A stretch of 59,755 nt of DNA, the filler included. It is 6 parts of 6 records of this genome, joined end to end, with 100 filler letters (N's around TTAATTAATTAA, not from the genome) between each part and the next. Parts side by side here need not be neighbours in the genome. Positions count along the whole stretch, not along the records: positions 7,174 to 22,703 come from SRR2962707_417; positions 22,804 to 30,220 come from SRR2962707_418; 4 more parts are not named here. One strand, written 5' to 3'. Shown in pieces: positions 11,301-25,237 of this stretch. How positions within the stretch are numbered: position 1 is the first letter of the stretch; the number at the start of each line of letters is the position of its first letter. Under the pieces are notes generated by a model that did not search any database, was not told where the DNA came from, and saw only the letters and a program-made list of their open reading frames with translations. A program made the position numbers and the translations under genes.

Positions 11301-14300
11301 GCAAAATGGAGACAGGTCCAGCCTTTTGCAGTTCGCATGCGAAGAAGAAATTTGGCAACGTCAGAGCCAAACACTGATGCAGTACCATCCAAAAGTTCTT
11401 TCACACATTCGGAGTAACCACGATACGACGCGACAAGCAGTGCCGTTGCGAGTTCACGCAGCGCCGGCACTGTGAGACCTGGCCGCAAAGGCACCAATGG
11501 TTGAATTTCACTGCCCTGTGGCTGCGGAATCAACCACTTGGTGCAGTTGTGGGAACTAAATGTTTGAAAAAAATGCCGAGGGGCCACTTCCAGCACACTC
11601 GGCTCCGAAGCAACGTACTCGGCAAAGGGAATCACTGAGGTTGACAAGTGACTTACATGAACGGGTAGTATGGAACTGTCCAGTTGTTCATGAATTGGCA
11701 AGGTTGCGGTTCCGGAATGACGCCTTCCGTTGCTACTGTCACGAGGAGTGCGACATGGCGATTTTTTACGAACGGCATTTGCAAGCAGTTGAGCAGCTGC
11801 AGTTGCATCGTTGGCATGCGAAAGGACACGTAGAATTAGGCGCACTGTCTTTGGCTGATTTGCAAGAACTGCAGCCCGAAGCGCCGTCGCCCCATCGAGC
11901 TCATTGCAAGCAAAAATATCGTTGGTTGCGCTGGTATCAAGTGCGGTCAAGTGGTTGGATCGGCCATGGACACGATGGCTTTGCCGTTGCTGTTGCTGTT
12001 GAGCCGGTACTGTTGGAGGTGATGGAGATAAAGGGGCAAAGACAGGTACTCCTACGCGCAGCAACTGCCGAAGCACAACACCTCGGTCTCCACAAGCAGC
12101 TGCTCGGATTAATCGCGAACCATCACAGCTAGTCGAACAATTTGTTTCATCGTACTGAATGTCAACTGCGCCCGCAACGACGCTCACACCGCAGATGGAA
12201 CCGGCATAAGCACAACGTTGCACCAGCAACTCGAGGAGGTGCGGTTTGCTCAGTTCTTCATCTGTGGTTGGTCCAAACAACTGCAATGATGCTGCAAGCC
12301 CTCTGCTACCACAGATGGCAGTGCGAGTCCAATCATCAAAAATGGTAGACACCATTTGCTCCCAGTCATTTGAAGCCGCCGTACTTGTGCCTGAGATGCC
12401 ACGCGCTATCAATAATCGTGATCGCACGCTATCTGACAAGCAGCTGAAGGCGCCTGCTGTGCAACGTTGGTCGGCAAAGACGCTCTGATGGTGGACAGCG
12501 CCCCGGAGACGCAGCAATAGATGTCGAATCGTCACGGATACGAAAGCGTGCAACCACTTTGGCCCCAGTCTCTTGCAAATACAAGCCATCACATTTTTTT
12601 CCAAGGTCGTCGGTTGCTCGCCTGTACACGGTGATCCATCTCGCACGTCATTTGAAAAGACACCGCCACGATTGCCACCCTTCTCAACCCCAGGGAGAGC
12701 TTCAGCGGCATCAAAGACAGCCAGCCAGTTCTTCAAAGCATCCTCTGCCCGAATTATGCAGCGGTGCAGGTGTTCGGCAGCTTCGCGGCGAATTTGTTGG
12801 GCTCGTTCCACCCGGAGTTGGTCGGTGTACAGATTTTTGTCCACGTTCCGCTTTTCGTCGAATTCGTGTTGTCGATTGGCCAACTCTGTTGGGGTGAGCA
12901 AATCGTTTAATTCGAGGGATGAGACACTCACAATTTGTGTTGGAACGCGGAGAAGAGCTTGCTGGGCTCTCCAGCAGTTTTGATAAGCAGCAATGAAAAT
13001 ATCACGGGCTTGAGATACTTGTACCGAATCCAGCAAGCGTAGATAGTAAGGGATGGACATGCAAACATCAGCAGGGGTTTCGGAACGCGACTCAGCTGGC
13101 ATTACATCAGAACTGCTTCTGAAAGAAGTGTCTGCAGCAGCAACCACATGGTCTGCTGGGACATGATCAGGGGTGTTGCTGCAACAAAACTTGTTGCCGA
13201 ACCAGAAGTGTTGTTGGTGACTTTCTCGGGGACCATCCACTGAAAAACTGGCGACGGCTGAAGTAGCCGCAATTGGCATCTGAAAAACTTGTTGGCAAAG
13301 TAGCTCCGCAGCAGATCTTGCCGTTGAATCCGGTGGGTACAGTCTCAAAAGAGGCTGCAGCTCACCGAAACGGCATTGAAGGAGTAGCATCTGTAGTGGG
13401 CTCAGAGGGTCACCCAGTGAGCCTGCAGATCCAGCAAGTTGCTCATCAATGATGCCGGGCCACAAAGAGGCATCGTCGTGGTGATCGCCAGAAAATGGAT
13501 GGTGCTTAGTCCGTTGCTTTTGCTGAGGTTCATTTCTTTCGATATAGTTTGCCAACAGTTCAACAACGTCGCCAGCACCTAAAGCTGCGGCAGCGGACAG
13601 TGGGGTTTCTCCGAACGGTCCCACACCAGACGGCAACCTTGGTGCTGGTGCACGAGGTGGCGGCACGTGTGCCTGGCCGTCTAATATTGGGCCGGAACAG
13701 GCGGCCTTTGATGTGGTGATGGATGCTTTCGCTTCGAGCAACAACTTCAGCACTGGTACACAACGACTGCCACCAATAATAGCGACATATACTGGCGACT
13801 CCAAACAGTCGTTGCAAGTGTTAACAAAGTTGCGCAAGCATTGGTCGAAGTTTGGGGATTTTAAAGGCAATGGGGACGGCTGCGCCAGGCCTCCAGAGCC
13901 ACTATGGGAAAGCAGCACACGAACAACCTCGAGTTTGTTGTGACGCACTGCGGTAAGGAGCGGGGTTTCGCCTTCGCCCATGCTGGCGGTGATGAATTTG
14001 GGATCAGCTCGCCATGGTTGCGGTGTGGATGTGATATTAGCCACATCACTGTGATCAGAAGCGTTTGAAAATCCATCCAGCAGAAGTTTTACCAAAGCAG
14101 CATTGCCGCCACGACAAGCCACCATCAAAGGTGTCCATCCTTGGGGTACATCAGCCCAAGTCCGCCAGGCATGGGCGGGGCCGTCATGAACACACTCTAC
14201 ATTGACACTGCATCCCTTAGCTTCAACCAGATGCCGCAATTGACGTTGAGTTTGCGCGATGTCAACATCTTGGCTACAGAGTTCCGGCCACATCTGAGAG

Positions 14301-17300
14301 GATGCGGCTGACACTGTTTGAAAAAGCAGCCGATTATCGAGTGGCTTTGACGTTGTCGCAGCTTCTTGGGCCTTTGCCTTTGCAGTGAGTCGTGATTGAC
14401 GAATTCCTTCTTTTTGAGCCTCAAGTTCTATTCCATGCTGGCGAGAAAAGTTGGCATCGACAATGGCATCCACAGCAGAAAGCAGGCATTGCATCCGGCC
14501 GTCGCTCCAACATGTAATTTCATGAGCACATGTAGTGTCATGGTCCAAGACCGCATGTCGATAGGCACGTTGTATGGTGCTTAAAGCGAGGGACTTTTGA
14601 GGGATACGTGAATGCAACATCATCGGAACGCTCAAATCGCCTCTTGGAGCCATAGGACGCAGAGCAACATGAAAAGCTGGCCATGATAATCCAGGGATAC
14701 GCTTTGTAAACAAGGACGTCGCTTGACGGAGAACGTGATGCTGGTGGTGTACTGCCATTGAGCACCACCGCTTAACGGCATCAGAAAATGACGAGAAAGT
14801 TAGAAGAGACTCATTTGCATAGTCATGCAAATGAAAAAGCATTGCTGCGGCGCACAACAAGTGGTTGCTGGGAACGGTTGAATTGGCGCTTGCGACAGTG
14901 CCCTTGTCAGGCACAGATGTAGTTGCCTGCTCATCCGTGTCTGTGCCACCGTGCTGAAATACAAGCTGAAGAGCAGAGGAAAAGTGCGTCACGTCAACTA
15001 ATCCACGTTTCTGCACCATGTCCATGGCGTCCTGCACTTTAGCTAGCCAAGCACGATGCTTCCGTCGTAAAGCAATCACAGCAACGGGATCTTTGCCGCG
15101 AGTTGCTTTCTCAACTGCAGCTTCTGCATCACGTCGCGCGCGACCAGTGCCACTGCGAATCAATTGGAGTGTTGCATGAGGTACAGGCTCTAGTTGATTT
15201 TCGACGGTGCCGACGTCTGCATCGGTGTGTACTGGGCGCAAAAGTGCGGCTTGCGCAAAAATGTATCGAATGTCGAAACCACGAGCACCGTAATCGTTTG
15301 GCGGCTGCGCTACATTCTGTAAGGCAGTGGTTCTAGCGTTGTTTCCCCGGACACGACTCGCGCCTGAGATTATTGGGATGCTGTCCTGCGGAGACCCCCG
15401 AAGTATCGAGGCTAGGGCCTCCCCAACTGTCACCCTATGACATTTCAGCACAAGACCTTCGACGCTGTGCCCGTCATGATTGCGGGCGCTTAGGTCTGCC
15501 CCAAAGTCGAGTAGGAGTTGTAGTACGACAAAGTCGCCTAACAATGCAGCTGTGTGTGCTTCAGTGTTGCCTAAGACATCGCGAGACCCAAGCGGGGCCC
15601 CATATTCAAGCAACATCTGAACGACCCGGACGCTTCCCCGAACGACTGCAACATGCAGTGTTGAAATACCTTCAGCGAAGAACATACAGACAAGCGAAGA
15701 ACTTGTTCAAATCTAACATTGCGCATCAATAACCTGCCAATATCCAGAGAAATCAACAACAGCAGTGGGAACCCGGTTACCGTAGGATGTAGAACATGCG
15801 ACATCTGCTCCAGCAGCAATGAGCAAAGCGCAGATTCGAGCGTGACCACGCTGCGCTGCTACGTATAGTGCAGTTGCCCCTTTCCGGTTCGAAGCGTTGA
15901 CATTTACCAAAGGCTCCGCAGAAACTGTCGCGCTGAATTCATGAGACGTAATCTTTTTTGGTTGTTCGATGACATGCTGCGCAGCGTCCTGGACAAGAAG
16001 TACTCGCTCTTTCAACAAAACATCCACAATCTCGACATGTCCTGAAAAAGCTCCCACGAAAAGCGGAGTCAGTCCTGCAGCTGTGTGGGCGTTCAGAAGA
16101 GCCGTTCGCTCAAGCTCGGCAATGCGGCGTCGATTTGCGTACCTGACAGGCATCACAACACATGGATGTGTAAACTTTGAGCGTTTGCTGTGAAGTGAAC
16201 TCTTATCTCAACACATGCCAATGAATACTTGGAAGCACCTTTCAAGAGCACATTTTTCCTTTCCAACGATTTGGCGCTGTTTCGCAATGTCTTGGCTCAA
16301 TGTTGATAGCTCAGCAAGTATCGATGCCAGACGAGCGGCGTCGCGCGCACTTTTCTGGCGTGCCAACTCGGTAGCGAGCGCAGCATCCCGTGCAATTCTC
16401 TCCTCCCATTTGCGCGAACTTGTACGTTGCCTGTTCTGAGCCAACCTACGAAGCCGGTCAGCCTCCTGTCTAGCTTCTTCGTCGTCGGACTCTTCCGAAT
16501 CACTAATCAGGCCCGAACTGCCAGGCTGAAGTTCTTTGTGATGCTTGGGACTGGTATTTTTATTTCCATGGTCCTTGTTGAAACAACCCTCTTCCTTTGG
16601 TTGGCGGCCCTCCAAGACTGCTCTTTCATCTTCAAGAGCGTCCTGCCGCGCATGGAGTCCCTCCAAGACACTTGCAAACTGATCCAGGGCATTGCGACAC
16701 GCTTTTTCCCGAGCCACGCAAATTGTCAATTGCCGTTTTGCATGGCCCACGATGGAAACTGCAGCACGAACTAAACCACCACGGCAAGCCAAGTGCAAGG
16801 CCGTCGTGCCGCGGCCTCTGCGAATAAACGGAATACGCGCATCCACCACAGCAAGCCCACGCCCGTTCTCTTTGTCACAATCAACTTGTCCATATGGATG
16901 ATGGTGCTTGCTACGTCTATGTTGATCGCTGCGGGGGTTCGTATCTGTTGCCATTTCTGCCTGCGCGCGTGCTTCTGAACTTCCGAAAAGCGCAACGTTC
17001 GTGGGGTCGTCATAGTTGTCGAGGGGTTCAAAACGGGCAAGTATCTGCAAAGCGATGTCTTCATGGCCATTCGCACACGCAATTGCAAGCGCGGTGGCAC
17101 CGTCACGGTCTACGTAGTTAATCTGAGCTTTCAGCCGAAGTAAAGCCTGGCTGGCCTGGGATGCGCCACACCCAGCTGCAACCATCAAAGTGGTTTTATC
17201 GTTTTCAATTGAGTCGACATCAGTGCCAAAGAGTATGATGCACCGGACAACACCAATCACATCGTTTCTTTCAACAGCTGCATATCTATAGCAGCGCGAG

Positions 17301-20300
17301 CGCGGCAAGCAGAGGGTACACCGTTAATGATTGCACTCAAAGATGGCATGGGCAGTTTGTAATCACTTTCGTGACCTTCCTTGAGCAAGTGACGCATGCG
17401 CACGAATTCAACATACGCACAGCTCAGCGGGCTTCGGGGAGTTGAGAACCATCATTCCCTGCCAACCGCGACTCATACTCGACGACAGTGTTCCCTGATG
17501 TGCACTCCGCGGTCGCGACTCATTTTGCTGCTTTTTTGCCAGAAACTGCGCCACCAATTCAGAATGATGCCTTGCGTATGCAATCAGTGCAGATAACGGC
17601 ATCTCTTTGGCCATCGCCAGTTGATGTTGCGGTGGCCATGAGCGATGGTCTTCAAACGCTCGAGCCGCCTTGGACATTAGATTGTATCTGAACACAGCAT
17701 CGGATCGAACGAATCAGACACCGTATTGCTGTTGGTTGCAGAAAAAAAAACTCCAAAAACACTTTCTGAGTGTCGGTATAGTATATCACGACGCAAACAC
17801 AAACCGGATGTTGCGCAATATCTCCATAATTTTTTCGCGTATCCGCGTGGCAAGACGGCGCAGTGCATTTCGTGCTCGGAGAAGTCCACGCATCGCAAGC
17901 AAATTGTTTACTAACGCTGGCGAATCAGCATCCACGGAGTCCCCGGCCGCCTGCTTGAAGCGCGCCAATGCTTTGTGAAGGTCAATTTCTGAAGGGATTC
18001 CGGGAGTGAGTGAGAGTGAGATGTACCTATCAGGACATTTTGGTACGATTAGCAAGGACATTTGCAACCGTTGATCAAGTGCATTGGGCAGCGCACGGAA
18101 GAAAATAGCTCATACCAGTTGCTGAATTGTTCAAGGGTTGGATTTGTGGGCTTTGGGTTTGTAAACGACGCCGCGGCCACGATGTCCCGTGACGATGCTG
18201 GTTGTCGTAAAAGAGCTTCAAGCTGACCATTACACAAGGCCCGTGCTGTGAGAATCAAGATACACCTTTCGAAAATCCGAAAGAATTGCGAAGCTGATAT
18301 CCACCCATTACGATACACATCTAGTGCATGGAATTGGAGTGATACAAAAAGACGAAACCGATGTCGCAGGAGGGTCGACAGGGATGTGTCATTGCCGATG
18401 ATGTCAAGCACTGACAGTGTGAAAGACTCTCGACCACCAAAGTCAGGGGCTGTGCTCGCTTGCTCATCACCGTCAGACATTTGAGGATGAAGGGAAAATC
18501 GAAACGTGTTGGACAACGCGTGAAAAAACTGCTGCAAAGTTAACCCCATCCCTTTGTCACGATTCAGTAAAAACCCATGACTGCACATTTTGCGATGAAA
18601 CCATACAGATGAAACGCCATACAAGCGCTGTTCGTGAGTGATCGATCTGGCTGCGGTGGTCTGCAGTGATTGTCGGTGACGCGTTTTCCTGTTTCGACGC
18701 AGGTCGCGAGAGCGGGTTCCAAAATTGTCATCCTGCGAGCGATTTCGTTGATTGGGCAAGGTCGTGGAAAACCCCTGAAGATCTTCTGAAAGATTTTGAA
18801 CGTTAACACGTTCCGCAAAACGCATGAACACTGCAGATGCAACTCGAATGAGGGTCGGTGTATGTAGTCGCTTGCGCACGGTGCACAAATTCTCCGAAAT
18901 GTGATGAAGAGTATAGGTGCCACTTTTCATGCTAATTCCGTAAATGTCCCGAAGCAAGTCGCTGACACGCTCTCCTTCGTGGTTACGGTCTTCATAATCA
19001 ATCATTCCTGCTTTTTCTAAGACAGTCAGAGTCGTAAAATCACCAAGAAGCGCTGCGAGCATCGGCACTGTAAACCCGTCTACGTTTCGAACAGTTTTTG
19101 TGTTTCCAAACTCAATCAAAAGCTGTGAAATCGAACGCGTGACCTCACCATTTGGAGCATCCGCTGACAGACGAACAGAGGCTGAGGCTGAGCGCGTGTG
19201 GTTTGATCTGTGCATCGGTCGCGGAAGCGGCTTGGCACTCGACGGTCGCGGACGAAGCTGGCGCAAAACTGGTGATGACAAGGGGTCTTCAGCGCCAGTG
19301 CAAATAGAAATCCCAAGAGCAGTCATGCCAAAGTCAGCGGCACGGTCCACCATTGCACCTGCGTGCACCAGTTGGCGTGCACACTCATAGTGTCCAGCCT
19401 GAGCGGCAGCATACAAGGGAGACGCCCCGCTGCATCCTGCACTGGTGGCATCAACGTCAACTCCTGCGACACGGAGGAAGAGTGCTAGCACTGCATCGTG
19501 GCCCTGAGCTGCCGCAACGAAGACTGGAGTCACGCCAGCCAGTGTTGTTGCTCTGACAAGTGCAGAAGCGTGGTGGTAGTGTTGTGTGATTTGTCGAGCT
19601 CCTGGCAGCAGACCAAAGAATGCCACAGTGTGGGCTAATAGTGCTTGCGACCTGCCATAAGAACAGTGCAAACAGGAGAGACGCGGGGGTGCCGATACCA
19701 TTCGCGTTATCGAAGTGCCCTTCTTGTCAGTAAAACGACGCTCCGTTGCAGCTTCCGCACCGCTGCTTATTGCTACCGAAAGCAACATCCCCAGTTGATT
19801 CAGACGAAACTGCCCCTTGAGCGTTGCGTCAGCAAAGGCGGCCATGTGCAAAGCTGTGACAGTTCCACCACCAAACTGCAATGGCACAGGAGTTTGCAGT
19901 CCAGGCTTTGCACCGAGCAGCAGCAAAGTCTCCACTACACGTGCAGCTCCGATCATCACTGCTACCATGAGCGCGGAAACCACCAAAGCGCCATCGGCCT
20001 GAGTGTCGTCATTAAGGCGCGTTGGGTCTTTGGTGGTACAAGGCTGATCTGCATCAGACTCCTGGCAAAGGCTCGCGTTCCATTCGCGATATGAAAAAAG
20101 GCCATGCGTACTGACATTGCCATTTGGAAGCAGTTCATTCTCGTCATCCACATTGTCTTCGCCCACAGCAACAAATTGCAAGCATACGTTGACATTCGTA
20201 TCCTGAAGCTCCACTAAACGGACAATGCCAACGCAGTCCCCCATCCAAACAGCTCGGAACAGCCCACATGTGTCTGGATGGTGCAATTTGATTGGGTGAG

Positions 20301-22434
20301 CCTTCGCATGCTGCAACAAATCAACGGGGGACAGCTGAGAAACTAACACCTCATCGTTACGCGGCGGCCAGTATCCAGTCTCAAGCGAGACGGAATATTT
20401 TTTTGACCGGCTCCAGGCGTCTGGAGACTGTCGGCCTTTTTCAAGCTTCAACTCAGATTGAGGTATTGTTGCCGCACAAGATGCGGCTGTGTTGTGCATT
20501 TCCAGTTGTTGATTCATGATTTTTTGTCTCAGTTGCTCGACATGAATGCGACGATCCAACGCCCGCTCAACTCGCATTGCTTCTCGAAGATTGCGGCGAA
20601 GTATCGAATCGGGATCTGTTAGTCCATACGTGAGGCGAAGGTTGTCACTTTGAGCTTTTGAGGAAAGTGAACCACCGGCATTCTCTGCACCGCCGTTTTT
20701 CTGCGCTGTCGATGCGCGCCCGGTTGGCAAGAGAACCTTTTGATCAGCAGCGTAGATTTGCACGTGTTGTGGCCGTGCTCCCGCTATTTGCGCATGTGAG
20801 GGATGATGATACTGCGGAGGTGCGAGCTCTTTTACCAGTCGGTCCATTGCAAATTGAATTTTCTGAAACATGGCTCGGAGCGGGTCAACAACGTCCCCTA
20901 TGGGGCGCAGAGGAGAGGATAGAACGTTCCCGGCCCAGCTGGCCGTACTGGCAATGATATCGTTTCCAAGGATGAAAGACGGTTTCGGGGGTTGCATTTG
21001 CTCCTTTGATTCAGGCGCTACACCTTCTTTCGACGATGGTACTGCCGCTTGCAATGTCATGGGCGAAGACTCTTGGTTGATGCCATGTTCACTGCGAGTG
21101 GACCTCATCAAGGATGCTTGCTGCCGTCCCCGCCGTGCTCGAAACCCACTTTGCATTCGAAGTGCAGATTTGCGCATCGCTGACAGTGCACGGGCTTTCT
21201 TGCTAGCAAATATTGGGTCAAGAATCTGCGCAGCGACACTTGGTGGAAGCCATACGTTTGCACCATCTACCTCCTCTGTTGGTTTTTGGCCAGTTTCCTT
21301 GAATTTTTCAGGTCCATATGGCCTGGCGACCGAACCTGAAGAAGCATCGTCAGAATCTCTCTCATTTTTCACACTTGCCCGCACGTCGGTGGAAACGAGC
21401 TCATGAACGTTCTCGATGAATTCTTTCATTGCACTTTTTTCGTGGGGTGCGATTTGATGAGCTAAACCTCGCATGCCCGATATAGGCGGACCACCAGTCG
21501 GGGCGATAGGCGGGACTTGCACCCGGTGAGGTGTTGATTGTGGAGCCACAAACTGTTCCCCTTCAAATAGACGCGTATCCATATGCGCGCCATCTCCATC
21601 TTCAATGTGGCCCTCGCCAGCAGAGGTTGGATTGCCGATAAGCTCATTGCCCGTCTTCATTGATTGTGCTGCGGGGTTCGAGTGGGTTTCTTGGCCCACT
21701 GTACTTCGTGATGCGTTTTTCAGCGTTGTCACTTTCGCAGTTGAGGAGGCGGTAAGGCCTTCGTGCCTTAGCTGAGAGGGCTTCAGCGAGGTGGAGAGAA
21801 AAGTGACTTCGCCCACGAACTCGCTGGGGTCTTTTTTCCAACCATCAGACGTCAACTGAAAACTCCGAACTCGCGAATGACTCGATTCCGCGTTCAAGGA
21901 GGGAAGCTGGGCGAGTTTGGGCTTGACACCTCGGCGACTCCCTGCACGTTTGGAAGTGTGAGTAGTGTCAGCACCAAGAATTATACCGCGACCGTGGGCA
22001 GTGTCGTCATGAGTGGCAACACCGGATGCAGAAACGTTGCCCAAAGCCGCCGCAGGAGTAGCAAAAGAAGCAGAGGCAGGACGCGGAATCACTTTATTTT
22101 GCCTCCACTCCAAACGCTTGGTCCACGCGGCATTGCCGGTCCGGTTGACGCGCCCGAGATCCGGCGCAGCGTCAGTGATTGCGGACGGAGCCCACTGATA
22201 GGTTTTGGACGATTGTAAAGACTTTCTGGATTGGTGTGCTGTGGGAGATCGTTTCTGCCTCGCACGTGACGGGGAGAGCCGGGGCAGAACACTCGTCGCA
22301 CTCGTATCGGCTGCTGTGTCAATCGTTGCTGTCCCAGGATCTGCCCCTCGGTTGCTGGTTATTGGAGGTCGCTTATTGAAGGAGGAGGAGGCGTGACCTG
22401 CTCCGCCACCCTTAATTGGGGACGCGCGCTTCAT
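8390..22434 (-). CDS. Giant ankyrin-repeat / EF-hand-like / IQ-motif protein, one 6-exon gene (22434-18116, 18026-17805, 17687-17421, 17285-16239, 16142-15781, 15669-8390), 4,498 aa
   Basis: Five GT-AG introns (89, 117, 135, 96, 111 nt) join six separate ORFs in consistent phases (2,2,2,2,1) to give a 13,497-nt CDS. Many TPL/TAL..AA..G ankyrin repeats, EF-hand-like FHALDVYRNGWISASQF, IQ-like SALRMQSGFRARRGR. Confidence 0.8.
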
Positions 22435-22675
22435 TGTTCACGTCCTGGTCATGGTTCGGCTTCTCTTGCGTTCATTCCAAGGCCACGCACGCAGATCACC
22501 CAGCCCCCCCTCCCCACACGCACACACACAATGTCATACTAATCAACAACGGAGCAGCAAACCAACGAATGGATTCAGTCTGGATTGTTGGTCGACACAC
22601 GACTGACGTGGCTCATCATCGGCGACAGCGAGCAGGCAGGCCTTTGAGGAAAAAGAAGGCCCAATGAAAGAATGC

Positions 22676-22703
22676 CAAAGAAAGAAAGAAAGAAAGAAAG
22701 AAA
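22676..22703. repeat. (AAAG)n microsatellite at contig end
   Basis: caaagaaagaaagaaagaaagaaagaaa. Confidence 0.9.
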
Positions 22704-22803
22704 NNNNNNNNNNNNNNNNNNNNNNNNNNNNNNNNNNNNNNNNNNNNTTAATTAATTAANNNNNNNNNNNNNNNNNNNNNNNNNNNNNNNNNNNNNNNNN
22801 NNN
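22704..22803. other. Artificial contig linker 2
   Basis: 44 N + TTAATTAATTAA + 44 N. Confidence 0.98.
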
Positions 22804-22910
22804 CAACAACAACAACAACAACAACAAACAATGAACAAACATGGAACAACCACACAACACTCGCTCACACTCACTCACTCACCCACACCCACTCTCTCAC
22901 CCACTCACAG
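22804..22910. repeat. (CAA)n followed by degenerate (CACT)n simple repeats at contig start
   Basis: caacaacaacaac... and cactcactcactcac read directly. Confidence 0.85.
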
Positions 22911-23717
22911 GCCCACGGGCGTTGCAGCGAAAGCCTCAGTGAAAAGCACAATTTTTTAAATTCTCTTATCAACGCTTTCGCTCAACGAAAAAATGTGATT
23001 TTGAACGTAATTCTACTTATCCGGTCAGTTGTTTTCAGTTTCCGTGTGCAGGCTGGTTGGTTTCTGCCTCCACACTAGTTCATCAGATGCTTCTCACTCA
23101 TTTACCCTTTGGCATGACCTGTGATAGCTCTCGCGCGACTGAGGTTTGACAACCGACGCGGTGGTGAGGGGAACTGGAGAAGTGACAACGCGTTTCTTTG
23201 AAATTGTGTACAATTATTTTTAACCGGTACCGGCAGGGGCAGAAACCAATCAACTTCGCTCATGCAGCAGAATCCAACGCACTTTATGCAAGTAGTGAAG
23301 AAGAAGTACTTAAAGTAAATTTTAACAGTTATTGGAAGCTACATAGTATGATTAACTTTTATGAAGTGGTCGCAGGCGTATCCACGCTCTCACACTCTCT
23401 CTGTTCTTTCGTTCTTTCTTCCCGAGTCTCAGAGCGCGCTCCCTCTCTGCTCGTGTTGCTGAGGTGTTCTCGCGGAGTGACTTGGTCGAGAAGATTCGGT
23501 CGCCTCTGTTGAAGGGATTGGACGAGGATGCAGACACTGTCTCATCATGCACGTGTAAACTTCACAACTGTTTTTTGGTTGATTCAAAGCCGTAGGCGAA
23601 CTATTTTCGTGGAAGATCGAAGCGGCAGTCACGAGTAGAGCGCAGTGGGACACAGCAGCAGCCCTTGGAATTTCCGCACAGGCAGCTCGACCGAGCTTGC
23701 ATCGAGGCATCTTCAAG

Positions 23718-25095
23718 ATGCCTCGACAGGGCCAGACACGCGGAAGGAGTGCCGGACCAGCTCTGCTCAAAAGCCTTGTCTTGTCACGTCTTGGCCTCCT
23801 CCTCCTCCTCGTCCTCCTCCTCACTTTGGGTGGAGGGTCTGCTGAGGCGGCTGAAGCGACCCCTGGCGAGAACTGTGATCTTACAGTACAGGGGCCGGTA
23901 TGCCTGATGAACAACCGACGGATTCTCTTGCCAGCAGCCAACCCCAGTGGCCTACAAGGTCACTGGACTTTCGACGATGCCTGGCCCACGGATGCTTCTG
24001 GAAACGGACTCCACTCGCAAACGCCCGCCAACGCAGGAACTGGGGTCGGCCACTCTGGATTTTCGGGGTCGTTCGACCGCTCGGAACAAGGATTTGAGCC
24101 CGTGCATATTGTTGACGATGCTGGGCGCCTCATGTCAACCGATGTGACGGTTACGTTCTGGCTTTTTGTAGTGCGTCCTCCCATTGAATCGTCGAGTTCA
24201 GAGCCATCGGTCTCCCAGGCTGGCGCTGATTGCGCCGTTTTCTTCAAAGGCAACAGCTCTGCTTCAGGGTCATCTGCTGCTGCTGCTGCAGCAGCAGCAG
24301 GAAGCCCCAGTGTTTTCTTGACCAGCAAAAGCCGGCTTGGTTTCTTGGCCAATGGTGTTTTGCAGCATTCTCAGGCTCGCTTGTCGACGGGAAGGTGGAC
24401 GCACGTGAGTCCTTCGCTGCTTCCACGGCCTCGTCGATATTTGAGGGGGGATTTGTTCTCACTGGCCCTTCTGCACATTGCTTCATTCGTACAGGTGGCA
24501 ATCGTTCGACTATCTTCAGAAACATCATTGTATGTCAATGGAGTGCTAGATTCAAAGGTGGCGGAAACAAGCCCAACACAGTCCGTCGGCGGGCCATTGT
24601 ACATTGGCGGCTTGCCTGCGGCGGTCAACCTTGCAACAGAGGGCCAGGAGGGCCTCTGCGACCGCGTCCATGTCATGTTGGACGAAGTCAAATTCTATAC
24701 CGTGGCGCAACCTCCATGGGCAATCGAAGCTGAAGCAAGTCCAGCTCTTGGTAGTGTAGCCCCACGCTTCGCCCGCCTTGGCTGTAGTAGTTGTTCAAGG
24801 CCAGAGGCCCAAGATGCATGCACCACCAACTATCACCTCTGCTCGGAAACTGAGCTTTTTTCTGGAGCACTGCAAATCGCTCGCAGCCTTGGCTACATAG
24901 ATGCAACTACCACAAACATCTGGAGGGTTCGTGTCTGTTTTTATTGTCAGGCCGCTTGTTGCACTCATTGGCTGGGCGTATATTGCCAGGTTCGTATTCC
25001 TGCTGTTTATTGTGTGCTTCGGTGCGTGCCGGTAGGCGTCGCATCATTTAAGCGTTAAAGGCACAGGTGTGGGCATGTGTTGTGCAAACGCGTGA
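23718..25095 (+). CDS. Secreted/membrane LamG (concanavalin A-like) domain protein with Cys-rich C-terminus; exons 23718-24404, 24495-24926, 25036-25095 (392 aa)
   Basis: Hydrophobic LGLLLLLVLLLTLG segment. LamG motifs GHWTFDD, VTVTFWL, GRWTHVAIV (restored by removing the GTGAGT...CAG intron), LYVNGVL, LYIGG, LDEVKFY. Tail LGCSSCS...C...YHLC...GVGMCC. Confidence 0.75.
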
Positions 25096-25237
25096 AATCC
25101 AGACGTCTTTTTTGAAAAATCAATTAAACTTTATGATATGTACGTCAGTGCAAACGCAAGTTTTTGCCCGGAACTCGTCGACCGCGCCCAGATAACTATC
25201 CAAAACGCCTCCTCGACGCTGTCGACCACTGTGAGTC

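Noticed and set aside
22911-23696. snoRNA/snRNA or coding gene in the region upstream of the LamG gene
   Set aside because: Only isolated TGAT/CTGA words; no convincing box pairs, snRNA signatures or protein-like ORF
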